64,000 nt of DNA. Source: an uncultured delta proteobacterium (GTDB lineage: Bacteria; Myxococcota; Myxococcia; SLRQ01). The position numbers and the translations under genes were made by a program. The stretch is taken from contig CAVSGM010000001.1 in NCBI GenBank assembly GCA_963727485.1, forward strand, positions 544,001 through 608,000. Direction: 5' to 3'. Positions 1 to 9,841 of this stretch are shown here, in pieces. The notes under the pieces were generated by a model, which was given only the letters and a program-made list of their open reading frames with translations, searched no databases and had not been told where the DNA came from. How positions within the stretch are numbered: position 1 is the first letter of the stretch; the number at the start of each line of letters is the position of its first letter.

Positions 1-22
1 GTAGATGCAAGGGCCTCTTGCG

Positions 23-67
23 TTGGTCTGACCAAGTTGGTAATACCACTTGCAACTGGTAATACCA
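23..67. promoter_or_regulatory. Three FadR/PdhR-type operator boxes TGGT-N3-ACCA (24-34, 38-48, 57-67)
   Basis: TTGGTCTGACCAA palindrome plus two copies of TGGTAATACCA directly upstream of a FadR-subfamily regulator; fits the TGGT-N3-ACCA FadR-family consensus. Confidence 0.75.
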
Positions 68-70
68 CTC

Positions 71-856
71 ATGGCCAACCCGACCTCCCAGCCCCCCACC
101 GCCCCGAAGAAGCGCGCCGCCGACGCCGCCGCCGACCGCCTCCGGCGAGCCATCCTCCAGGGGGATCACCCCGCCGGCTCGGACCTCCCCCCGGAGCGCG
201 AGCTCGCCGAGCACCTCGGCATCAGCCGCCTCACCCTGCGCTCGGCCCTCGCCCACCTGGAGTCCGAGGGCCTGGTCCGGCCCGTCCACGGCTCCGGAAA
301 CCGGGTCCTCGACTTCCGCGAGACCGGCGGCGTCGAGCTCCTGGGCCACCTGGTCACCGTGGCCCAGGCCGGCGGCGAGCTCCCGGTGCGCCTCTTCGCC
401 GACGTCCTCGAGCTGCGGCGCTTCGTCGCCGTCGAGGTGGTGGGCCTCGCCGCCGAGCGGGGCACCGACGAGGACCTGGCCACCCTGCGCCTGGCGGTTC
501 GGGACCTCGCGACGCACCTGGGCGATCCCAAGGCGTTCATGGCGGCCGACCTGGCCTTCTCGCGCCGCCTCGTCGCCGCCAGCCACAACTTCGCCCTGGC
601 GCTGCTCACCAACACCATCATCCGGGTGCTCGAGGGGCAGCCCGGCATCGAGCTCGCCTTCTACGTGAACCCCGAGGGCACCGTGGAGGTCTACGACCAC
701 GTGCTCTCCCGCCTCGAGCGCCGCGAGGGCGCCGCGGCCCAGAAGGCCGCCCGCCGCCTCCTCGCCCGCCTCGACGCCACCATCCTCGACCGGGTCCGCG
801 CCTTCGCCGCCGCGACGGCCCCCCGCCCGGTCGCCTCCGCAGGAGCAGACCAATGA
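71..856 (+). CDS. GntR/FadR-family transcriptional regulator (wHTH + FCD)
   Basis: LPPERELAEHLGISRLTLRSALAHLESEGLV..HGSG HTH; C-terminal FCD-like domain; ATG at 71. Confidence 0.9.
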   Translation: MANPTSQPPTAPKKRAADAAADRLRRAILQGDHPAGSDLPPERELAEHLGISRLTLRSALAHLESEGLVRPVHGSGNRVLDFRETGGVELLGHLVTVAQAGGELPVRLFADVLELRRFVAVEVVGLAAERGTDEDLATLRLAVRDLATHLGDPKAFMAADLAFSRRLVAASHNFALALLTNTIIRVLEGQPGIELAFYVNPEGTVEVYDHVLSRLERREGAAAQKAARRLLARLDATILDRVRAFAAATAPRPVASAGADQ

Positions 857-1257
857 CCCGTCTCGAACGCCGCTGGGCCGTCACCGCCATGCAGGCCTTC
901 GCCCCGCCCGGGGACGAGGGCCTCGTCCCCGAGCCCGGCGAGGTGGACTGGGGCGGCACCCTCGACGAGATGCTCGCCATCGGCACCCGCCTCTCGGCCT
1001 TCGGGGTGCGCCTCGCCGTGTGGCTGGCCACCTTCGCCCCCTGGTGGGTGCTGCGCCGGCCGCGGACGCTGGCCGGCCTCGACATCCAGACCCGCGCCCG
1101 GGTCCTCACCGGGCTCCTGGAGAGCCGCGTCTACCTGGTGCGCGAGCTGATGCTCCTCCTCAAGATCGTCGCCGCCACCGCCCTGCTCGGGGTGGCGACC
1201 GTCCGCGACCGCTCCCACTACGACCGCCTCCCGGCGGCCCTCGAGGCCACGTCATGA
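853..1257 (+). CDS. Hypothetical partner of GMC oxidoreductase (gluconate-2-dehydrogenase subunit 3-like)
   Basis: ATGA overlaps with both neighbours; MTRLERRW...YDRLPAALEATS. Confidence 0.6.
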   Translation: MTRLERRWAVTAMQAFAPPGDEGLVPEPGEVDWGGTLDEMLAIGTRLSAFGVRLAVWLATFAPWWVLRRPRTLAGLDIQTRARVLTGLLESRVYLVRELMLLLKIVAATALLGVATVRDRSHYDRLPAALEATS

Positions 1258-2765
1258 CCGAGCGCATCCTCACCGACGAAGCGGACTTCGTGGTCGTGGG
1301 CACCGGCGCCGGCGGCGCCACCGCCGCAAGGATCCTCGCCGGCGCCGGCCACGAGGTGGTCCTCCTCGAGGAGGGCCGCCGGCTCGCCATGGGCGAGCAG
1401 CCCCGGGAGCTCATCCACGCCATGCGCCACGCCTTCCGCGACGGGGGCACGGCGGTGGCGAGGGGCCCCACGCCCTTCCCCATCCTCCAGGGCCGGGTGG
1501 TCGGCGGCTCCACCGCCATCAACTCCGGGATCATCTGGCGGCTCCCCGAGCCGGTGCGCCAGGACTGGATCGCGCAGCGTGGCCTCGGCGACCTCCTCGA
1601 CGAGGCGGGCCTCGACGACGCCTTCTCGCGGATCGAGGCCGAGCTGAACATCGCCGACACCGCCGAGGACGTCATGGGCGGCAACGCCAAGGTCCTGCGC
1701 GACGGGGCCACCGCCCTGGGCTTTGCGGGCAAGGCCACCGCGCGCAACGCCCCGGGGTGCAAGGGCGCCGGCCGCTGCCTCCAGGGCTGCCCCAACCGCG
1801 CCAAGCAGAGCATGGACGTCAGCTACATCCCCCGGGCCCTGGCCGACGGGGCGCGGCTCCACCAGCTCGCCCGGGTCGACCGGGTGCGGATGGAGGGCGG
1901 CCGGGCCGTGGGCGTCGTCGGCGCCGTCCTCGACCCCGACACCCGCCGCCCGGTGGGCCGCCTCGAGGTCCGCGCCCGGCGCGGGGTCATCGTCGCCGCC
2001 GGGGCCATCCACACCCCGGCGATCCTCCGCCGCAGCGGCGTGAAGGGGCTCGCCGGCGAGCACTTCATGGCCCACCCGGGCACGGCGGTGGTCGCCCGCT
2101 TCCCCGGCTCCATCGGCATGGGCCACGGCGCCACCCAGGGCTACCAGGTGGTCTTCTTCGAGAAGCACCTCAAGATCGAGTCGCTCACCCTGCCTCCCGA
2201 GATGCTCGCCGCGCGGCTGCCCGGCGCGGGCGTCGCCTGGCAGCAGCGGCTCACCGACCTCGACCACTACGCCCAGTGGGCGGTGATGGTGCGCATGGAG
2301 GCCAAGGGCCGCATCCGCCCGCGCTTCGGCGGGGTCGACGTGGCCTACGCCCCGACGCCCCGCGACGCCGAGACCGCCCGCCAGGGGGTCGTCCTCGCGA
2401 CCCGGATGATGTTCGCCGCCGGGGCCGTCGAGGTCTACCCCTGGATTGGCCGGCGCCCGCCCATCCTCCGCTCCATGGACGAGGTGCGCCTCCTCGAGGA
2501 GGGCGAGGTGGCGCCCCGGGACTTCCACCTCCTGGGCACCCACCTCTTCGCCTCGGCCGGCGCCGGCGCCGACCCGAAGACCAGCGTGGTGGACCCGAAC
2601 CTCGAGGTCCACGGCACCCGGGGCCTCTTCGTCATGGACGCCAGCGCCCTGCCCACGAACATTGGCGTGAACCCCCAGCACTCGATCATGGGCGTGGTGT
2701 GGCGCGCCGCCGAGCGCCTCGCCAACCGCGAGGCCCCGGCCGCCCCCGCCAGCGCCGCCGCCTAG
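1254..2765 (+). CDS. GMC-family flavin oxidoreductase
   Basis: VVVGTGAGGAT FAD motif, GRVVGGSTAINSG, CxGxGxCxxGC, C-terminal DASALPTNIGVNPQHSI. Confidence 0.9.
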   Translation: MTERILTDEADFVVVGTGAGGATAARILAGAGHEVVLLEEGRRLAMGEQPRELIHAMRHAFRDGGTAVARGPTPFPILQGRVVGGSTAINSGIIWRLPEPVRQDWIAQRGLGDLLDEAGLDDAFSRIEAELNIADTAEDVMGGNAKVLRDGATALGFAGKATARNAPGCKGAGRCLQGCPNRAKQSMDVSYIPRALADGARLHQLARVDRVRMEGGRAVGVVGAVLDPDTRRPVGRLEVRARRGVIVAAGAIHTPAILRRSGVKGLAGEHFMAHPGTAVVARFPGSIGMGHGATQGYQVVFFEKHLKIESLTLPPEMLAARLPGAGVAWQQRLTDLDHYAQWAVMVRMEAKGRIRPRFGGVDVAYAPTPRDAETARQGVVLATRMMFAAGAVEVYPWIGRRPPILRSMDEVRLLEEGEVAPRDFHLLGTHLFASAGAGADPKTSVVDPNLEVHGTRGLFVMDASALPTNIGVNPQHSIMGVVWRAAERLANREAPAAPASAAA

Positions 2766-2774
2766 GAGCCCCCG

Positions 2775-3359
2775 ATGCACATCCACGACTTCTTCGCCGG
2801 CGACACCGTCGACGTCGCCGCCCTCGGCGCCTGGCTCGACGACCTCGAGCACCCGGTCCGGGTCGCCGAGACCACCTCCCTCTCGGCCCGCGAGCAGGCG
2901 CGCCTCTTCGACGCCGCCGCGGGGCACCGGCCCCTCACCCTCGACGACCTGGTGCCGGCCGCCGCCGGCGCGGGCACCACCGTGATCCACCACGGGCGCA
3001 ACTCGCTGCCCCTGTTCAAGCGCTTCCAGAAGCGCTTCTACCGGCCCCAGGGCGGCGCCGCCGAGCTCTGGGGCTACAACGAGGGGGCGACGAGGCCCTT
3101 GGTGGGGCCCGGGTACTTCGTCGTCCACCCGGTGGGCGAGGCCGAGGTCCTGGTGGACTACACGCGCCTGCCCCCAGAGGCCCCCGAGGCCTGGCCGGCG
3201 CTGAAGTCCAACGCCGCCGGGCTCTCGCGCTTCGTGTTCAACGGCACCCAGGACGTGCTCCGGGGGGTGAGCCGCCACGTGAGCATCGGCCGGGCGACCC
3301 GGGGCGGCGAGACCATGGACAACTGGTTCGTCCTCTGCCGGGAGGACCCGGCGGCGTAG
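2775..3359 (+). CDS. Hypothetical protein, last gene of GMC operon
   Basis: AGGAG RBS, GC-typical codon use, globular composition. Confidence 0.7.
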   Translation: MHIHDFFAGDTVDVAALGAWLDDLEHPVRVAETTSLSAREQARLFDAAAGHRPLTLDDLVPAAAGAGTTVIHHGRNSLPLFKRFQKRFYRPQGGAAELWGYNEGATRPLVGPGYFVVHPVGEAEVLVDYTRLPPEAPEAWPALKSNAAGLSRFVFNGTQDVLRGVSRHVSIGRATRGGETMDNWFVLCREDPAA

Positions 3360-3432
3360 GCACGGCGGCGTCCTGATCTTGCGGCGGCGGTCACGGCACC
3401 CGAGGCCGGGCCCGTGGTATGCCGGAGGGACC

Positions 3433-4332
3433 ATGCGCCGTGCCGTCGCCGTCCCCGTTGCGCTCCTCCTCGTCCTCGCCTTCGCCGGCCCCGCCCGGGC
3501 CGACGGCTCCGGGGACCTCCCGCCCCCGCCGCCGCCGCCGAGCAGCCCGCCGCCGAGCAGCCCGCCGCCGAGCCAGGCGCCCGCGCCCTCCAGCGCCCCG
3601 CGCCAGGGGAGCTGGGGCGACGTGGGCTTCTTCCTCCAGAAGACCGCCGGCGGGACCTTCATCGCCCTCTCGCCGATCACCGGCACCCGCCTCCAGCTCG
3701 TGGGCCCGGTGTGGGCCGAGGGCCTCTGGGGCCTGACCCTGGCGCTGGGCATCGGGAGCAACGGCGCCCAGCAGGACATGGCCATCGGCAACCCCTACGT
3801 GGGCCTCGACTACGTGGCCCACACCCCCGGGATGACCCTGGTCGCCGGCGGCGGCCTGACCCTCCCGCTGGCCCAGGGGGGCCCGCCCATCACCTACGCG
3901 GTGAGCGAGGGGATGCGGGCGCGGTGGGATCCGTGGATCTGGGCGCAGCAGCGCATGGCCCTGGTGGCCAAGGCCCGGGTGCGTTTCCAGCGCCCCGGCG
4001 GGCTGACCTTCGCCGGGGAGGCGGGCCTCGGCTACCTCTTCTGGCTCGGTGCCGGGAGCGCCCCGGGCCTCGTCGACCTGCAGCTCGCCGGCGAGGTGGG
4101 CTACCGGCCCACGCCGCTGTTCTCCTTCGGCCTGCGGATGACCGCGGTCGCCGGCCAGCCGGTCGGCTCCAACGACCTCCTCCAGCTCGGGCTCGAGCCC
4201 TACCTGCGGATCCACGGCGGCGGGCAGATGTACGAGATCCGTCTTACGTTGCCCTTGGACGGACCCTACGGCTTCGGCTTCGCCCCCGGCGGGGTCTGGG
4301 GGATCGAGGTCGGCGGGGGCATCGCCTACTAG
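3433..4332 (+). CDS. Secreted/outer-membrane beta-strand-rich protein with Pro-rich linker
   Basis: Signal peptide (..PARA), PPPPPSS repeats, alternating hydrophobic strands, C-terminal Tyr. Confidence 0.65.
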   Translation: MRRAVAVPVALLLVLAFAGPARADGSGDLPPPPPPPSSPPPSSPPPSQAPAPSSAPRQGSWGDVGFFLQKTAGGTFIALSPITGTRLQLVGPVWAEGLWGLTLALGIGSNGAQQDMAIGNPYVGLDYVAHTPGMTLVAGGGLTLPLAQGGPPITYAVSEGMRARWDPWIWAQQRMALVAKARVRFQRPGGLTFAGEAGLGYLFWLGAGSAPGLVDLQLAGEVGYRPTPLFSFGLRMTAVAGQPVGSNDLLQLGLEPYLRIHGGGQMYEIRLTLPLDGPYGFGFAPGGVWGIEVGGGIAY

Positions 4333-4439
4333 GGCGGCTCACCGGGGTGTCGAGGGCGCGGGGTCCGGGTGTCAGAGGCCGCGGCGAAATGCGTCGCCGC
4401 TGCCCGCGTACCTCTCCTCGAACCGAAGGAGGACACCCC

Positions 4440-4700
4440 ATGACCCGCTTCTATCGCTCCCGCACCGACCGCAAGATCGCCGGCGTCTGCGGCGGCCTCG
4501 GCGAGATGCTCGACGTCGACCCGAACCTCATCCGCATCGCCTTCGTGCTCCTGGCGCTCGTCACCGGCGTCATCCCCATGGTCGTGGCCTACGTGGTCGC
4601 GTGGCTCCTGGTGCCCTACGAGGGCGCCGCCGACGCCACCCTCCGCCACCCGGACCAGCCGCGGCCCGACGACGGGCACCGGCGCTCCTCGGCGGCGTGA
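4440..4700 (+). CDS. PspC-domain protein
   Basis: FYRSRTDRKIAGVCGGLGEMLDVDPNLIR PspC signature; AAGGAGG RBS. Confidence 0.9.
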   Translation: MTRFYRSRTDRKIAGVCGGLGEMLDVDPNLIRIAFVLLALVTGVIPMVVAYVVAWLLVPYEGAADATLRHPDQPRPDDGHRRSSAA

Positions 4701-4765
4701 TCCCCGGCGGATCCCCGGCGGGATCTTCCCTTCCCGCCGGGCGGGGCCGTGCTAGAACCGGCCCC

Positions 4766-5907
<1,142 letters not shown>

Positions 5908-5911
<4 letters not shown>

Positions 5912-6774
5912 TCGTCGCCGAGGCCCGCGGGCTCCAGGTAGCGCAGCGTCGCCACCAGGTCGTCCGGAGGCCGCCGCAGCCGCCGGCGCTTGAGATCCAT
6001 CCACCCGCCGTCGAGGTCGATGATCGCCGCGGTCTCGCCGTCGCGGCGTCGGATCTCGTGGCGCACCGCCCAGCGGAAGCCCCGGCCGCGCATGCGGGTC
6101 ACCTGGAAGCCCACGGTGATCCGCTCGCCCATGCCCACCTCGCGCAGGTACTCGGTGGTCTCCCGGAGCACGATGGGGCCGAACTCGAGCTCGGCGAAGC
6201 GCTCGGGTGAGAAGCCGTGCTCGGCGAGGTAGGCGAAGCGGGTCTGGGCGCCGTAGTCCGAGTACACCGAGGCGCGCAGGTGGCGGTTGGGGTCGAGGTC
6301 GGACCAGCGGACCTCGTAGGTGCGCTCGTAGGTGCCCCGGGGGACGTCGTCGTCGTGGCCGGGCCGGGCGAAGAGGCGCGTGGGCTCGGCGAAGGCCTTG
6401 AGCTCCACCGCGTTCCCGCCCGGGTCCCGGACGAAGAAGGTCCGCTGCTCGCCCACCTCGCCCGCGAAGCGCGTGGTGGGCGCGATGAGGAACGGGACGC
6501 CGGCCTTCTCCACCCGGCGCACCATCCGCTCCCAGGTGTGCACCGAGACCACCAGCCCGAAGTGGCGCACCGGGACGTCCTCGCCGTCCACCGGGTTGGT
6601 GGCGGCGCCGGGCTCCGGGGCGTCGACCAGGTGGGCGGTGATCTGGTGGCCCCCGAGGTCGAAGTCGATCCAGCGAGTGTCCTCGCGGCCGGTGCCGCAG
6701 CCGAGGACGTCGACGTAGAAGCGGCGGGTGGCCTCGAGGTCGGTGACCGGGAAGGCGAGGTGGAACGGGTCCAT
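5908..6774 (-). CDS. VOC/glyoxalase domain fused to acyl-CoA thioesterase (hotdog) domain
   Basis: N-term [25 protein letters not shown]-term [13 protein letters not shown] thioesterase motif. Confidence 0.8.
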
Positions 6775-6833
6775 GGGGCGCAGGGTAGCCGGGGCCCGGA
6801 GACGTGGCTAGGACCCCATCAAGGAGGTTCACC

Positions 6834-7901
6834 ATGCGCCGCATTGCCAAGCTCGCTGGCGCCCTGGGGATCCTCGGGGGGGCGCTGCTGCTCACCGGGG
6901 CCGGGGGCAACACCAAGACCGCCAAGGTCGTCCTCACGCCCGAGGACCTGGCGGCGTTCAAGCCGCTGCCGAAGGTCATGTCGGACAAGCTGCATCCGAC
7001 CACCAAGGCCGAGATCGACCTGGGCCGGATGCTCTACTACGACCCGCGCCTCTCGGGCGGCCACGACCTGTCGTGCAACTCCTGCCACGACCTCAAGCGC
7101 TTCGGCGTCGACCCTCGGGGCGGCGCGGTGTCGCTGGGGCACAAGGACAAGAAGGGCGGCCGCAACGCCCCCACCGTCTACAACGCCGCCGGCCACTTCT
7201 CCCAGTTCTGGGACGGCCGGGCCAAGGACGTCGAGGAGCAGGCCACCGGGCCCATGCTCAACCCGGTGGAGATGGCCATGCCCGGCCCCGAGCGGGTGGT
7301 GAAGACGGTCAAGTCCATCCCCGGGTACGTGAAGGCCTTCAAGGCCGCCTACCCCAAGGAGAAGGATCCCATCACCTTCAAGAACGTGGGCAACGCCATC
7401 GGCGCCTTCGAGCGCGGGCTCACCACACCATCGCGCTTCGACGCCTTCCTCGAGGGGAAGACCGGCGCCCTCTCCGCGCAGGAGAAGCGGGGCCTCAAGA
7501 CCTTCGTCGACCTCGGGTGCACCGCCTGCCACAACGGGCCCTACGTCGGCGGCGGCAGCTTCCAGGTGCTGGGGGTGGTCCACCCGTTCCCCGACCAGAA
7601 GGACCTGGGGCGCGAGGAGGTCACCAAGAACCCCGACGACAAGATGATGTTCAAGGTCCCCAGCCTGCGCAACGTCACCATGACCGGGCCCTACTTCCAC
7701 AGCGGGCACTACACCAAGCTGCCCGAGGTGGTGCGGACCATGGCGAAGTACCAGCTGGGGGTCGAGAAGCTCACCGACCAGCAGGTGCAGGACATCATCG
7801 CCTTCCTCGGCAGCCTCAAGGGGACGATCCCCAAGGCCTACATCGCCGAGCCGAAGCTCCCAAAGAACGGGCCGAACACGCCCAAGCCCCTGACCGACTA
7901 G
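6834..7901 (+). CDS. Di-heme cytochrome c peroxidase (CcpA/MauG family)
   Basis: Signal peptide, two CxxCH (CNSCH, CTACH), QFWDGRA, FKVPSLRNV..PYFHSG. Confidence 0.92.
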   Translation: MRRIAKLAGALGILGGALLLTGAGGNTKTAKVVLTPEDLAAFKPLPKVMSDKLHPTTKAEIDLGRMLYYDPRLSGGHDLSCNSCHDLKRFGVDPRGGAVSLGHKDKKGGRNAPTVYNAAGHFSQFWDGRAKDVEEQATGPMLNPVEMAMPGPERVVKTVKSIPGYVKAFKAAYPKEKDPITFKNVGNAIGAFERGLTTPSRFDAFLEGKTGALSAQEKRGLKTFVDLGCTACHNGPYVGGGSFQVLGVVHPFPDQKDLGREEVTKNPDDKMMFKVPSLRNVTMTGPYFHSGHYTKLPEVVRTMAKYQLGVEKLTDQQVQDIIAFLGSLKGTIPKAYIAEPKLPKNGPNTPKPLTD

Positions 7902-8467
7902 GTCCGGCGGTCGGCCGGGAGGAGCAGGTCCTCGAGGAAGAACGCCGAGAGCTCCGCCCGGCCGGCGAGCCCCGCCTTGCGGTAGACGGTGCGCGCCTGG
8001 TCCCGGACGGTGCGCTCGGAGACCCCGCGCACCTGGGCGACCTCCTTGAGGGCCATGCCCTTGAGCAGGAGCAGGGCCACCTCGGCCTCCGCCGGGGTGA
8101 GCCCCCACCGGTCGAACTGGCGGTCGATGGCCACCGAGAGGCCCTCGAGGACGCCCCGGGTCTCGGCGCGCCAGCGCTCGGCGTCGGCCTGCGCGGCGGC
8201 GAGGTCCCGGGCGAGGGCCCCGGCGTGGCGGAAGCCCCGGGCCGCCTCGCCCCAGAGCCAGGCCACGCCCCCCAGGGCCAGGACCACCCCGGCGATCTCC
8301 GCCGAGAGGTGGACCAGGTGGCCGGGCCGGTAGCCGTCGGCGACCACGTCGATGGTGAGCATCACCGCCAGGGCGAAGAAGAGCAGGCCCGCCAGCGCCG
8401 GGCGCCAGGGGAGCCCGTCATCCGACGGAGGGACGTCGTCCAAGGGTTTGGAATCGCTGGGGGTCAT
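7898..8467 (-). CDS. Membrane-anchored LuxR-family regulator
   Basis: Two N-terminal TM segments; LTPAEAEVALLLLKG..KEVAQVRGVSERTVRDQARTVYRKAG HTH. Confidence 0.85.
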   Translation of the reverse strand: MTPSDSKPLDDVPPSDDGLPWRPALAGLLFFALAVMLTIDVVADGYRPGHLVHLSAEIAGVVLALGGVAWLWGEAARGFRHAGALARDLAAAQADAERWRAETRGVLEGLSVAIDRQFDRWGLTPAEAEVALLLLKGMALKEVAQVRGVSERTVRDQARTVYRKAGLAGRAELSAFFLEDLLLPADRRT

Positions 8468-8568
8468 CGGGGATCCGTCGGATGGCGCCTGGACGATCCG
8501 GCCCCGGTGCGCATCGTGGGAGCATTCGCCGCCGGTCCGGTGCCGGCCTCACGCAAGGATAACCCGCC

Positions 8569-9117
8569 ATGAACGGTCTGCCCCTCCACCCCGCCATCGT
8601 CCACGTCCCCCTCGGCCTCTCGGTGGTCCTGCCGCTGCTGGCCATCGCCTTCGCCTGGGCCCTGTGGCGCGGCCGCATCGGTCGCGGCGTCTGGGCCACC
8701 CTCGTCGGTCTCCAGGCGGTCATCGTCGTCGCCGGCCTCGTAGCCCTCCGCTCCGGCCACGAGGCCGCCCACCAGGTCCGCGGGCAGGTGCCCCGGGCCG
8801 CGATCCACACCCACGAGGAGCGCGCCGAGGCCTTCGAGTGGCTCGCCGGCGCCACCCTGGTGCTGGCCGTCGGGGTCCTGGTGGTCCCCGGCCGGGCCCG
8901 CAACGTCCTGGGCGCGCTGACCGCCGCCGCCACCGTCGCCGTCGCCGGGGCCGGGGTCTTCGTGGGCGAGGCCGGCGGGCGCCTGGTGTACCAGTACGAC
9001 GCCCCCAAGGCCTACGTGACCCCCGGCAGCGCCCCCGCCCCGGCCCACGGCGACGACGAGGACGCGGCGACCCGCCCGCCTCCGGGCACGCCGAAGGGGC
9101 TCGCCACCCACCGGTAG
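8569..9117 (+). CDS. DUF2231-like membrane protein
   Basis: PLHPAIVHVPLG start, several TM helices, HEERAE, GEAGGRLVY. Confidence 0.7.
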   Translation: MNGLPLHPAIVHVPLGLSVVLPLLAIAFAWALWRGRIGRGVWATLVGLQAVIVVAGLVALRSGHEAAHQVRGQVPRAAIHTHEERAEAFEWLAGATLVLAVGVLVVPGRARNVLGALTAAATVAVAGAGVFVGEAGGRLVYQYDAPKAYVTPGSAPAPAHGDDEDAATRPPPGTPKGLATHR

Positions 9118-9136
9118 GCGCCGGGTGCGGGCGGGG

Positions 9137-9739
9137 TCACGGCCTGGCCCGCACCGTGGCGTCGAGGGCGGCGTCCAGCGTCGCCGCCGGGGGCCGGCGC
9201 TTGTAGGTCTCCGAGAGGTGGCGCCAGACGATCCGGCCCGACGGCGCGAGGACGTACACCGCGGGCCAGGCGGTCTCGTTGCCCGGGTCCTGCACCCCGT
9301 AGGCGTCGATGATCTTCAGGCCCGGATCCGAGAGCAGGGGGAAGGTGAGCCCCAGGCGCGCGGCGAGCTTGCGGCTGCGCCAGGGCGGGTCCACCGAGAT
9401 GGCGACCAGGCTGACGGGGCCGCGGGTGAGCGATTCGAGGTGACGTTGCAGCTGCCCGAGCTGCCGGCGGCAGAAGGGTCACCAGAAGCCGCGGTAGAAC
9501 ACCAGCACCACCGGGCCCCGGGCGAGGTGCGCCGCCAGGGACCACCGGACGCCCCGGGCGTCGGGGAGGGTGAAGCGCGGGGCCCGGGCGCCCACCGTCA
9601 GGGCCCGCCCGTGGATCCCCGGCGGCGGGGCGAGGCGCCGCGCCTGCGGGGGCGGGTGGAAGGGCGCCCGCTGGGGAGCCGCGGTGGCACAGGCGGCGAG
9701 GAGGGCCGCGGTGGCGGCGAGGGGCGTGAGCCGGGGCAT
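9137..9739 (-). CDS. AhpC/TSA (peroxiredoxin-like) lipoprotein, probable selenoprotein (UxxC)
   Basis: Lipobox LAAC; VGARAPRFTLPD..GPVVLVFYRGFW-TGA(9481-9479)-PFCRRQL..LVAISVD..FPLLSDP..PAVYVL in one frame. Confidence 0.8.
9448..9464 (-). promoter_or_regulatory. Candidate bacterial SECIS hairpin
   Basis: GCAGCT-CGGGC-AGCTGC, 15-31 nt downstream of the in-frame UGA, G-rich apical loop. Confidence 0.5.
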
Positions 9740-9841
9740 CGGGTGGGCCTTCGTCGGCACGGCGCCCATGGTAACCGGCGGGCGGGGAGGGCGCCCCGGG
9801 GCCCCTGGCGACGCCTGCGCCCCCGGCGTACGCTCCCGCCG

